Shown in pieces: positions 1 to 9,556 of a stretch of 47,820 bases of DNA. The stretch's first letter is position 1, and the number at the start of each line of letters is the position of its first letter. The notes under the pieces were generated by a model, which saw only the letters and a list, made by a program, of their open reading frames with translations, did not search any database and was not told where the DNA came from. Source of the DNA: Candidatus Aenigmarchaeota archaeon LH_S6 (GTDB taxonomy: Archaea > Aenigmatarchaeota > Aenigmatarchaeia > QMZS01); NCBI GenBank assembly GCA_023659935.1, contig JAGXOK010000003.1, positions 1 through 47,820 of the forward strand, read 5' to 3'. Both the position numbers and the translations under genes were made by a program.

Positions 1-3000
1 AGATATGCCTCTGGAATAATTTTATTTGTACTATTCGCTATTAAACCAAAACTCTCATTTAGAATAGTTAATGTGAAATTGCATCCTTTATTTTTAGACA
101 TTAGGAGAGTTATATCTTCTATAATTTTATCTTCTAAATCACTAACTTTTATAGATTGTAAATAGGTGTATGAAGAGTTACCAACATTACAAAAAGTATC
201 CGTTCCACTTATGTTAAATCCTTCTCTTGTTGTATTCAAATCTATCCAACTTGTTGGATTACTAATTTTAAGGCTTTCGATAAAAGAACTAAGAGGATTT
301 TCTAAATCAGAATAAACTAGGTTTCTTGTCTGGTTCTGTAAATAACCTTTCCAGTTTATATTACCATCATTGCTTATATAAAAAAGATAAGTTACATTTG
401 ATTTTGGATTAACAAATTTGTCTGAATCTAGAACATCTAAATAATGAATATTTCCTGTGAGATTAATAATTAAATTATAATATCCAGAAATATTCTGGTT
501 GTCAGTTAGCACATAAGAGATATTCATTTCCTTACTTGTTATTTTAATTTCAATCACAGTGCAATTAACTTTACCTTCTGCAATCGAGCAAGTTGAACTT
601 GTGAAATTATTTGTTCCGCACAATCTAACATTTATCAAATTAGAGTCTCCATTTAATCCTTCTATTTCAGGTTCAACACAACTCTGATTATCTACTACAC
701 TTAAATTTGTGTTATTGGAGATATAGAAAGAATGACCAGAAAAAGTAAGGTTATATGTATTTCCACTCCAAGTCAGATTTTCTATTTTTATATCCTCAAC
801 TTTAAACAAATCTGGGTAAGTGTTGAAATTTGAAACAACTTTATTACTATCTGAATCTACAATTGTTATTTCTACATCAAAATACCCTAAATCCTTGTCT
901 TCCATCCAGTTTGGAGGGTTAAAAGAGCAGTTTGTTGTATAGTTCTCGCTACCAATTCCAGAGTGAGTCATCTTTGTGTTATTACAAGAACTCCCTTCAC
1001 TAAAAATTGTTCCGTTATCAGACCGGAATCTTAAGGTTATATTTAGTTCTTCATCAGTATAAATTCCATCCCTGTCTTTAGCAGAGATATTAAAATAAAT
1101 TGTATCTGCTGTTTGATTATTTTCTTTGTTTCTATCTATTATTGTTCTGTTATCTTTGTTTCCATGCCAAGTTATATCAATTTCGTAAGGCTGAGTATTT
1201 TCTAAGTTATAGAAACCATCATAACAAGTTTCTAAATTTTTGCAGTCTTCCAATTTATCTATCCACCAATCTCCATAAGAAGAATCATTGTTAGTATCAA
1301 CATTACTATCCCTGACATGAGCTATTGTGTCTATTTTTCCATAACTAAAATCACTTGCAGGTGAAGAGAAATTTTTTGTATTATTTTTGTTGATTGCCAA
1401 CAAAAAATTATATGGATCATAATGATTATAGTTAGTACTTTGTGTATAATTAATCCCTATCCTTGTATAACTTAAATTAAATTTTCCTGTGTTTTTTACA
1501 GTAACATTTATTCCCATCTTCTGGTCATATCTTATATCATGTGTTATTGACCACGCTAAAATTCCATCAATTTTAAACTCCCCAGACTTTGATAAATTCA
1601 AATATCTAATTGGATCACTTAAAGTAAAATTTGAAGAAGAACCATAAGTTGTACCAATAAAAGTGGAGGGATTAGGAGTTACACCCCCATATATATCTAT
1701 TCCAGAATCTGCATAAACCTCTAAAGAACCTTTTGGTAATTCTCTTCCTAAATCAATTACAATATAAGTAGAGTTTCCAACAGCAAATCTATTATCAGTC
1801 TCACCTAAAATGAAACTTGAATTTATCCATTTATTTTTATCAAATTTTGTTACATTCTCTGCCCAATAATAACAAGGAGTGGTAACATTTACTTTCAAAA
1901 TTTCTGCTGAAATATTTGGCAAAAAACCATAGCCACCATCAATTTTTGTAGTCGGAGTTTGGGCAACACAAAAAACTTCCCTCTCAGTGCTGAGATGAGG
2001 ATCTGTAATTGTTATTTCAAAATTGCCATCTGAGTCTGTTGTATCTGCTCCATAATTATGTGAATTGTGAGTTGGATTAAAATCAGAAGAGAAAATATTT
2101 CCATTCAAAGAGCAATGAACATTAGCATTCTTAACATTTTTGTTATTTGATAAAAATTTTATTTTTCCTTCTATCCTTAGTTTTGATGTTGAGTTTATTG
2201 TTGTTTTGAAAGTCGTGTTTAAATCTTCTACTTTAAACTTATCTCTATTTTGAGAATAACTAGAAGTTTTAGAACTTCCATAATTATCATCAACTTTAAA
2301 TTGAATATCAAACTTACCTAAATCAGAAGTAGGCATATTATTTGGTGGGTTCCATGAACAATTTCTGTAGTAATATGGTCCCCTTTTGCCATCCACTCCT
2401 GGTATATTTATTGTTTTATTTTGAGTCATTTTTTTATTTGTACAAACAGTCCAATTATTGCCTTGATCCGATTTAACCCAAATTGTTAAATACTGTTGCA
2501 ATTCATCTTTATCCCCAAGAACTCCATCAATATAATCAGTTGCATTAACTCTTATTGTGATTATATCATTTGTATTTGGAGTTTCTTTATTCCTGTCAAC
2601 AGGATCTGGTGAAGCAAACATAAAAGTTAAGTTTACTGGAGGTTTATCAACAACAGAAACTGTTACAGGACTTTGCCCGGCAACAATAGTTGTAAAACCA
2701 GTTTCTTTATTTGGAAACCTAACCCAACTACTAAAATTGTAGTTCCCAAACTCATGGTATTTTGCTTTCCAAGTTCCAGAATAAGTAACTGTATTTCCAG
2801 GAGCTAAATTCTGGTCAAATTGTATATAACAACCACAAGAACTATGTGGGTCCTCTTCATAGTCTCCCAAGTGTCCACAGGCATCTACCCATCCACCCCC
2901 ATTACAATCTTCGTTTGTTTCCGGATTGGTTCCATCCTCTGAACTAATCTCCCAATATAAATCCTCTTTTGCGAAAGTTAAATCCCCAATATTCTCAAAA

Positions 3001-5567
3001 GTAACATTAAAACTTGCTGATTCATCATGGTATAGAGAAGTGCTATTCCAAACATGATTTGTAGCCTGCAATCCAATATCTATGTTATAAGTCCCACTAC
3101 CAGCAATATCATCAATATCCATAATCTCACAGATAAAAGTGTTTGTTTTTAATGTACTATCTGCAAACTCTTTATCAAGTGCTCCAATATCACAATCAAA
3201 GTTTCCATTAGCCTCTGTTGTGTTGGTGCAACTAAAGCTATCATCCTCTTGAAAATAACATTTAACAGTTTCTCCTGAAACACTACTATCATAGGTTGTG
3301 TATTTTGCTGTTCCTGTTATATGCAAATCTGATGTTGTTCCATAGTGAGCAAGATTTGTTAGGTAAATGTCTTTTACTTCAAATAAATTACTTTCTGTTT
3401 TTTCATCTGTTAAACCTTCATCATCAACAGATTTTATTTTTACATCATAATATCCAATAGGTGAATTGTCTTTTGGATTATAGTTATAATAGCAATTCCA
3501 GTGGTAATTATCTGGGTCGTATTCACAATTAGAAGTAATATCTTTTTCATTTATACTTATTCCACTCTGGTCTTTTGCAATTGTTCCATCAGGTTTGTAA
3601 ATTGTTATATAAACTTTATCCTTATCTAAATTATCCTGATCATAAATTACTGTTGTAATTTTTATTTCAGCATCAGGAGTAAATTTAGAGACTTCATCAT
3701 CCCTATCTAGAGGAGATCTATCTTTTGAAATTGAAGTAATATTTGGATAGGCATACCAAGTTCCTGCCAGGCAGTATTCATCTATTCCATCTGAGTCTAT
3801 GTCTTCTCTAGAAGTATTCAAATAACAGCCATTATTCCAGACACAATCATCTGAATTTGCACAGCAAGCATCTGTGCCATCAGAAGAGCAAGCATCCGAA
3901 TTGCAGGAGCAGGTTATAGCATATTCACTTGAGTCGTCTCCACAACAAGTATCTGGAGAGGAAGCACAATCATTTCCATTAGAACAACTTAATTGCCAGT
4001 TTAAAGTACATGTTCCACAAGTGTTGGAGTTTGTATCAGGGTCATAATTTTTATAAGTGCAGGATTCATACACACTATTTCCATTTATATCAGATACAAT
4101 TGCCTCTTTGTAAGTAGCACCAACTGCTCCAGCACCAGAGCAATAATCTGAAATTAGACTCCCAGCGGATTTATTAATGCAATAATCAGGATTTGAGTTA
4201 GAGCAGTATCCTTCCCTGCCAGGATCACAATTTCCGTTTATTGAGGAATCGTCTCCATCACTGTCAGATGCTACAACATCGTAATCTCTACAATCTTTTG
4301 TTCCTGTATTATAACTAATTCCGCTTTTACAGTATTCTGTTAAAGTATAGCTACTGCAACTATCATAATATGTATTATAGGTACAAGAACCACCAGAACA
4401 AGTAGTATAGTCATAGATATATCCTCCAGTTGTGTAAGCCCAGCAACCATCAGACTCATAGGTATTCTTTGAGGCACAATCCTCCACAGTTGAGCCCCAA
4501 GTATAAGTACAGGTATTAGTATTTAAAATTACATAATAATCCTTATAAGATTTAATCACAGAACCATCACAGGTATTACTGCAAATATCTGAACTATCAC
4601 AATTTTTAGTCGGGCAATTTGTTGTTGTATAAGTACAACTACCCGTCGAATTTACATAATAATCTCTTTTTTGAGAAGAAGGATCTGTTCCACAACCTGC
4701 TGTATTTCCTCCATCATACCAGCCATCATTAGAATCACAAGTTTTTGTTGAAGTTACTGAATATGTACAAGCCCCACCACTGCAAGAATAATCCCTATAT
4801 TCTGCGGTTGGGTCATTCATATTATTACAACCAGGTCCATCATCCCCATAGTCATACCAGCCATCAAAATCATTGCAATTTTTCGTTGCATCAGAACCTA
4901 AATCATTTCCAGAACATTGTTTATCATGAACTACATTCCCATTACAAGTATCATTATATCTAATATCTACCAAGCAACTACCTCCGGAACAGGATTTATT
5001 ATCTATTACATATTCTTTAACTGTCCAACTTGAACCAGAATCATAGCAAGTGTCAGAACCACAATCTACACAATTCCCAGCATAATCGCAATTCCCAGAA
5101 CCATCGCAATAACCCTGACATTTATAATTTCCACCATTTCCATAATTATCATCTCCTGAGCTAGAAGAACATTGCCAAGTTGCATCACACAAACCAGTTC
5201 CAGCTGAATAATTTGTACAAGTTCCTTCATGTCCGGATATATTGCAGGCTTCACAAGTACCACCACAAGCAGAATTACAACAGTAACCATCTACACAATT
5301 TCCAGAACAGCACTCGCTTCCTGCTGAACAGGTATCTCCATTACACCCACAACGTTGATACCAATCCCATATTCCACAATTATCAACCATGCCATCTGTC
5401 CCACATTCACCGTCTCCTTCGCAATACTCTCCTACATTAACATTATCACAGTGAGGACCATCCCTATTCCCTTGGGGACAGGAATCTAGTAACTCAGTAC
5501 AGCATGATCCTAGGACTATCCCAGAAGCATATATAAAAAAAGCTAAAATAATAACAATTTTCCTCAT
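1..5567 (-). CDS. Giant secreted Cys-rich surface protein (>1850 aa, 3' end beyond the left window edge)
   Basis: ATG at 5567 (context ATTATG). Manual translation gives signal peptide MRKIVIILAFFIYASGIVLG, then CCTELLDSC...CSAGSECCSGNCVDGYCCNSACGGTCEAC..., a long Cys-rich region, then beta-rich repeats. The same frame is open at position 3 (...NESFGLIANSTNKIIPEAY). It is absent from the ORF track, consistent with no stop in the window. Confidence 0.85.
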   Translation of the reverse strand, partial: MRKIVIILAFFIYASGIVLGSCCTELLDSCPQGNRDGPHCDNVNVGEYCEGDGECGTDGMVDNCGIWDWYQRCGCNGDTCSAGSECCSGNCVDGYCCNSACGGTCEACNISGHEGTCTNYSAGTGLCDATWQCSSSSGDDNYGNGGNYKCQGYCDGSGNCDYAGNCVDCGSDTCYDSGSSWTVKEYVIDNKSCSGGSCLVDIRYNDTCNGNVVHDKQCSGNDLGSDATKNCNDFDGWYDYGDDGPGCNNMNDPTAEYRDYSCSGGACTYSVTSTKTCDSNDGWYDGGNTAGCGTDPSSQKRDYYVNSTGSCTYTTTNCPTKNCDSSDICSNTCDGSVIKSYKDYYVILNTNTCTYTWGSTVEDCASKNTYESDGCWAYTTGGYIYDYTTCSGGSCTYNTYYDSCSSYTLTEYCKSGISYNTGTKDCRDYDVVASDSDGDDSSINGNCDPGREGYCSNSNPDYCINKSAGSLISDYCSGAGAVGATYKEAIVSDINGNSVYESCTYKNYDPDTNSNTCGTCTLNWQLSCSNGNDCASSPDTCCGDDSSEYAITCSCNSDACSSDGTDACCANSDDCVWNNGCYLNTSREDIDSDGIDEYCLAGTWYAYPNITSISKDRSPLDRDDEVSKFTPDAEIKITTVIYDQDNLDKDKVYITIYKPDGTIAKDQSGISINEKDITSNCEYDPDNYHWNCYYNYNPKDNSPIGYYDVKIKSVDDEGLTDEKTESNLFEVKDIYLTNLAHYGTTSDLHITGTAKYTTYDSSVSGETVKCYFQEDDSFSCTNTTEANGNFDCDIGALDKEFADSTLKTNTFICEIMDIDDIAGSGTYNIDIGLQATNHVWNSTSLYHDESASFNVTFENIGDLTFAKEDLYWEISSEDGTNPETNEDCNGGGWVDACGHLGDYEEDPHSSCGCYIQFDQNLAPGNTVTYSGTWKAKYHEFGNYNFSSWVRFPNKETGFTTIVAGQSPVTVSVVDKPPVNLTFMFASPDPVDRNKETPNTNDIITIRVNATDYIDGVLGDKDELQQYLTIWVKSDQGNNWTVCTNKKMTQNKTINIPGVDGKRGPYYYRNCSWNPPNNMPTSDLGKFDIQFKVDDNYGSSKTSSYSQNRDKFKVEDLNTTFKTTINSTSKLRIEGKIKFLSNNKNVKNANVHCSLNGNIFSSDFNPTHNSHNYGADTTDSDGNFEITITDPHLSTEREVFCVAQTPTTKIDGGYGFLPNISAEILKVNVTTPCYYWAENVTKFDKNKWINSSFILGETDNRFAVGNSTYIVIDLGRELPKGSLEVYADSGIDIYGGVTPNPSTFIGTTYGSSSNFTLSDPIRYLNLSKSGEFKIDGILAWSITHDIRYDQKMGINVTVKNTGKFNLSYTRIGINYTQSTNYNHYDPYNFLLAINKNNTKNFSSPASDFSYGKIDTIAHVRDSNVDTNNDSSYGDWWIDKLEDCKNLETCYDGFYNLENTQPYEIDITWHGNKDNRTIIDRNKENNQTADTIYFNISAKDRDGIYTDEELNITLRFRSDNGTIFSEGSSCNNTKMTHSGIGSENYTTNCSFNPPNWMEDKDLGYFDVEITIVDSDSNKVVSNFNTYPDLFKVEDIKIENLTWSGNTYNLTFSGHSFYISNNTNLSVVDNQSCVEPEIEGLNGDSNLINVRLCGTNNFTSSTCSIAEGKVNCTVIEIKITSKEMNISYVLTDNQNISGYYNLIINLTGNIHYLDVLDSDKFVNPKSNVTYLFYISNDGNINWKGYLQNQTRNLVYSDLENPLSSFIESLKISNPTSWIDLNTTREGFNISGTDTFCNVGNSSYTYLQSIKVSDLEDKIIEDITLLMSKNKGCNFTLTILNESFGLIANSTNKIIPEAY

Positions 5568-5596
5568 AATACTTCTATTATTTATATAATCCATAA

Positions 5597-6070
5597 TTAT
5601 CTCTTTTTCATATTTTGTTGATACCAAAAAAACCAGAAAACAAAGATTAGAGCAAGAAACAGAAAGTTCCACAAAAAGTAATGAAGAGGTTTAAACCAGG
5701 AATAAGAAATAGAACCTACATAAATTGTTATAATAACTCTAAACAGATTATAAAAATATAAAGGAATCAGGAATAATAAAGATTTTAATCTACTTGAAAG
5801 TTTAATTCCTAAAGGTAGGAAAACTAAGGCACAAAAAATATAAAATTGCTTCCACCCAGTACAATCAAAAGTTATTATCGACGAGAAATTTTTTGTTATT
5901 ATCTGGTAACCTTGAGTCTGAAATTCAATACCAAATAAATTTAAAAGCCAGGTAACTTGTGAAAAAAAAATTTGCTGGAAAATTTGGATTTCAAAGTGAA
6001 AAAAAGAGAGGAAAAATAGAGGGGTTATCAAAAGAATTGCTCTCAAAATTAATTTTTCCTTATTATTCAT
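5597..6070 (-). CDS. Archaeosortase/exosortase family membrane transpeptidase (short ArtD/ArtE-like form)
   Basis: 157-aa multi-TM protein with the family's Cys-Arg-His pattern: IITFDCTGW, YNLFRVII, FKPLHYFLW. Confidence 0.85.
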   Translation of the reverse strand: MNNKEKLILRAILLITPLFFLSFFHFEIQIFQQIFFSQVTWLLNLFGIEFQTQGYQIITKNFSSIITFDCTGWKQFYIFCALVFLPLGIKLSSRLKSLLFLIPLYFYNLFRVIITIYVGSISYSWFKPLHYFLWNFLFLALIFVFWFFWYQQNMKKR

Positions 6071-6144
6071 AATAGATTCTACTAACTCAATTAATCTATA
6101 AATTAATATTCAACTAAAACTCCAGTTTTGTCAAAATAAATCTT

Positions 6145-6654
6145 TTACCCAACATAAACTATCACCTCCACAAAATCTTTATTTAAAGTTGCAATTCTTT
6201 TTATGTGCGCAGTTGTACCAAGTTTTTTACCTACAGGCTTACATTTAATCACATTTGTATTATTTAGATAATTAATTTCAACAACTAAATTCTCACTTTC
6301 TAAACCAAAAGAATCTCTAAGTTTTTGAATTTTTGTTAAATCTGTTGTTGAACTACATATTTTCTCAAATTCATTAATTTTTGTTGAATTTAGAGAGTAG
6401 GGCTCAGAGGCAAGACCTATTCTTTCAAAATTAGTTTCATTCCAATTAGCAGGATAACCTTTATCCTTGATTAACAGTTCAGAAATAGAATATGCCTTAG
6501 AATACAAAATATCAGACTGGATATCGTTACTGTAAGTAGGATAAAAACTTATAATAGTATAAACCAAATAAATTGAGAGAGAGATAAACAAAATAGTACT
6601 GATAATAAAGTAAATATTTACCTGTCCCTTAAAATTATTGTCCTTTTCTATCAT
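6145..6654 (-). CDS. Type IV pilin-like protein (class III signal peptide)
   Basis: Likely start MIEKDNNFKG|QVNIYFIISTILFISL immediately after the upstream stop. The GYPANW...IGLA motif is shared with the pilin at 44492-44974. Confidence 0.75.
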   Translation of the reverse strand: MIEKDNNFKGQVNIYFIISTILFISLSIYLVYTIISFYPTYSNDIQSDILYSKAYSISELLIKDKGYPANWNETNFERIGLASEPYSLNSTKINEFEKICSSTTDLTKIQKLRDSFGLESENLVVEINYLNNTNVIKCKPVGKKLGTTAHIKRIATLNKDFVEVIVYVG

Positions 6655-6655
6655 C

Positions 6656-7630
6656 TTAAAATAGGCCAATTAAGTTTGCCATAACTATGATAAATAATCC
6701 CAAGAAAAACATAATTAAACCATGCTTTGCTCCTTCCAACCAGCTTTTTGCAGAGATTTGCCCAGCAATTAGTCCAGTAAAAAATCCCTGGATAAGGATC
6801 ATTGTAAAAAATAAGGATTTGTAATATACTGGCAGTGAATTTTGCTCTCCGAAACCAAACATTCCTCCAATAGTATTATAATAACCACAGAGACCATAAC
6901 AAAAAGGCTCATTACAGGCAACGCAAGGAGACTTTGCTTGCATCAACTGAATATTACCTACTGTACTTTCAGTTCCTCCAATTTCAGAAAACATAGGAAT
7001 TAAAAAATTTCCAATTGCAATTGTTAATCCAACAAATAACAAAAAAATACCATACATCATAAACACATGTTGTTGCATCATTGATTTTTTGTCTTTTTCA
7101 CTTTCCATTATTTTGAGCAAAGAAGTTATTAATGTCTCCAAAATATCTTCTATATTTCCTCCACTTCTGTAAGTTTCTAATAGAGTTGAGATGGACCTTG
7201 ATAGAATTCTATTCTCACTCAAACTTTTTTGCATCTGTTTTAAAGCAGAATCTATGCTAATCCCCCAGCTTATATTTTTTTTCAATTTTTCTATATGTTT
7301 ATTTAATTTTCCATAATCACCCTTGCAGGTTTTAATTGCTTCTGGAAAAGAAATACCACTCTTTTTTGCTTCTTTTAAATCATCTAAAAACATAGGAAGC
7401 TTGTCTTCACAATCTTTTATTTCTAGGAAATGTAAATATCTATAAAAGAAAAAAGGTAAAACAAAAACAAAAACTGCAAAAATTAAAAAGTTTAATAGAA
7501 TATTAAAGTTAACAAATAGTAAAGAGAGAACTACTCCAAATAAAATAATAGCAAGAGCTCCAATTGCAGAATAGAATAAAATCTCTTGTTTTTTTGTTAG
7601 TTCCCTACCTAACATTTTCTCTAATTTCAT
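6656..7630 (-). CDS. Type II/IV secretion system F-family (TadC/ArlJ-like) pilus platform protein
   Basis: EDKLPMFLDDLKEAKKSGISFPEAI, DYGKLNKHI, ISWGISI, ETYRSGGNIEDIL, C-terminal QGFFTGLIAGQIS...GAKH. Confidence 0.9.
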   Translation of the reverse strand: MKLEKMLGRELTKKQEILFYSAIGALAIILFGVVLSLLFVNFNILLNFLIFAVFVFVLPFFFYRYLHFLEIKDCEDKLPMFLDDLKEAKKSGISFPEAIKTCKGDYGKLNKHIEKLKKNISWGISIDSALKQMQKSLSENRILSRSISTLLETYRSGGNIEDILETLITSLLKIMESEKDKKSMMQQHVFMMYGIFLLFVGLTIAIGNFLIPMFSEIGGTESTVGNIQLMQAKSPCVACNEPFCYGLCGYYNTIGGMFGFGEQNSLPVYYKSLFFTMILIQGFFTGLIAGQISAKSWLEGAKHGLIMFFLGLFIIVMANLIGLF

Positions 7631-8484
7631 GGTGAACTAATACCGATATAAAAAGCAAGAACTACAGATATAGCAGGCATTAACATAAAAGAAATCAAAA
7701 CCTGCATTGCAAGAATACTTTCAACTCCCCCCATCATACCCATCACACTTGATAAAATTGTGAAAAAAATTGGACCAACAATCATCACTGTAATATACAT
7801 TTCTATAATCATAGATAAAGTACTAGCATAAGTTTTTATTTTTCTTTGATAATTGTTAAATAAAGAAATTGACTTGTTGTTTAAAAAAAGAGTTAAATCC
7901 GCGCCTGAACTTATTGTCGTTTCTATTCCCAAGAGTAAATCTTTGAATTCTTTTGATGGAGTCCTCTTTGCCTCCCTTCTCAAAGCACTTAAAATATCCA
8001 TTCCAAGAGTATCTACATCTTTTATCACATTTCTTGCTTGTTCTTTTAACTCTGGATATTCATCTAATTTTTTAATTGATTTAAAAATTGAGATAGGTGG
8101 AGCATCAGAACTGGCTGCGGCAGTCATATAACTAACAGAGAAAGGAAGACCTTTTTCTATTTTTGAGGCTAAGTTACTGACTTGTGCTTTTGGATATGTT
8201 GTGAAAAGAAAGAAGATAATTATTGCTCCTGCTCCAGAAAAAATAAAAGATAGTAGGATGGCAAAAACAACATGAATAAAAAAAGATAAAATCAGGGTTA
8301 TAATTGGTAGTTCTGTAACAAAAATGATTAAAGAAACAAAAATTGCAAGTGAGAGGTATTCCGTCAAAGAATATTTCATCCCACTTTTTTTTAAGTCTTC
8401 TGTTACATATTTAAAATTTGGAGCAATCTTTGAAGCAATTTCACCATAAGATAAATAAGCTCTCTTAACAAGGTCTTTAAGCAT
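7627..8484 (-). CDS. Type II/IV secretion system F-family (TadB/TadC-like) pilus platform protein
   Basis: IEKGLPFSVSYM, LGMDILSALRREAKRTPSKEFKDLLLGIETTISSGADL, EMYITVMIVGPIF. Overlaps the next gene by ATGA. Confidence 0.9.
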   Translation of the reverse strand: MLKDLVKRAYLSYGEIASKIAPNFKYVTEDLKKSGMKYSLTEYLSLAIFVSLIIFVTELPIITLILSFFIHVVFAILLSFIFSGAGAIIIFFLFTTYPKAQVSNLASKIEKGLPFSVSYMTAAASSDAPPISIFKSIKKLDEYPELKEQARNVIKDVDTLGMDILSALRREAKRTPSKEFKDLLLGIETTISSGADLTLFLNNKSISLFNNYQRKIKTYASTLSMIIEMYITVMIVGPIFFTILSSVMGMMGGVESILAMQVLISFMLMPAISVVLAFYIGISSP

Positions 8485-8564
8485 AATATAAACATTTATT
8501 TCTAAAATTATAGATATTCAAGAAAACAGTTCATTAATTACTTATTTATTATTTTTTATTTATT

Positions 8565-8981
8565 ATGGGAGTCTTAAGTTTCAGAATAAAAAAAATAGAA
8601 GGTGATGTTGGAGAGAGAAGAACAGGGGAGTTAAAAGTAAGTTCTTCTCCACCAAGGATAAAAAACGTAATTGAAAGGGAAGTTGGATTGGCAGGAAATA
8701 AAACAAAGGTTCTTGCAATTGATTTTGAATGCAAAACAAAATATGAGCCAATAAATGCGAAAATAAACATTTATGGGGAGGTATTGTACACAGATGAGAG
8801 ACAAAAAGAAATTCTTAAAAAGTGGGAGAAAGAAAAGAAAATTGATGAAAAGGTTGGTTTGTATCTTTTAAATTATATTTTTAAAAGATATGCTGTCCAG
8901 TGTATAAAAATTGCGGATGATTTGCAGTTACCTGCACCAGTCAAATTACCTGAATTTGTGAAGAAGGGAGAAGGTCAATAA
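8565..8981 (+). CDS. Conserved archaeal hypothetical protein, possibly SecB-like fold
   Basis: 138 aa with a beta-strand-rich N-terminus (LAIDFECKTKYEP..KINIYGEVLY), two helices and a C-terminal LQLPAPVKLP motif. The fold call is inference. Confidence 0.6.
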   Translation: MGVLSFRIKKIEGDVGERRTGELKVSSSPPRIKNVIEREVGLAGNKTKVLAIDFECKTKYEPINAKINIYGEVLYTDERQKEILKKWEKEKKIDEKVGLYLLNYIFKRYAVQCIKIADDLQLPAPVKLPEFVKKGEGQ

Positions 8982-9039
8982 TCTTATTTTTATATCTAAA
9001 GAAAGTCCTTTTATTATATTTTAGTTTATCTATATTATT

Positions 9040-9462
9040 ATGGCAGAAGATGATAGATGGTTAGAAGAAAATCCTTTTAAATCACTTAGGGATATCCAAA
9101 AAGAATTCCAAAAACAGTTCCAGCCAATTTGGCAGTCATTCCAAAGTTTTCCAGTAGATTTGACAGAAACAGAGAAGGAAGTAATTGCCAGGGCAGAATT
9201 ACCAGGGTTTAAAAAAGAAGATGTACATGTTGAAGCAACAGAAAAAAAAATTTCAATTCATGCAAAAAGAAAAGAAGAAAAAGTAGAAAAGGACGAAGAT
9301 TTTTATAGAAGGGAAAGAAGTTCTGGAGAAGTTAAAAGAGTTTTAGACTTTCCTGTTGATGTTAAACCAGAAGACCCAAAATTGGAATTTAAAGATGGTA
9401 TTTTGGAAATAAAACTTCCCAAAAAAGAAGTTTCAAAGAAGAAGAAATTCAAATTACTTTAA
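9040..9462 (+). CDS. hsp20: Small heat-shock protein Hsp20/alpha-crystallin
   Basis: FPVDLTETEKEVIARAELPGFKKEDV, YRRERSSG, FKDGILEIKLPK. Confidence 0.95.
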   Translation: MAEDDRWLEENPFKSLRDIQKEFQKQFQPIWQSFQSFPVDLTETEKEVIARAELPGFKKEDVHVEATEKKISIHAKRKEEKVEKDEDFYRRERSSGEVKRVLDFPVDVKPEDPKLEFKDGILEIKLPKKEVSKKKKFKLL

Positions 9463-9469
9463 TTTTATT

Positions 9470-9556
9470 TTAAGTTTTTCGCGTTACTAATAAATTCATC
9501 GCATTTTTAAGATGTTTTTCTATTCTCCTGATTATAGAAATTGTTCTTATATTCAT
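9470..9556 (-). pseudogene. Collapsed remnant of a HEPN/DUF86 toxin gene downstream of the MNT
   Basis: The ATG overlaps the MNT stop (ATGA), the usual MNT-HEPN coupling. It reads MNIRTISIIRRIEKHLKNA and stops after 28 aa. Another frame carries DEFISNAKNLK*, resembling a HEPN C-terminus. Confidence 0.4.

Noticed and set aside
1100..5440. Short track ORFs at 1100, 2557, 4745, 5066 and 5180
   Set aside because: They are antisense or alternate-frame shadows of the giant minus-strand gene at 1-5567.
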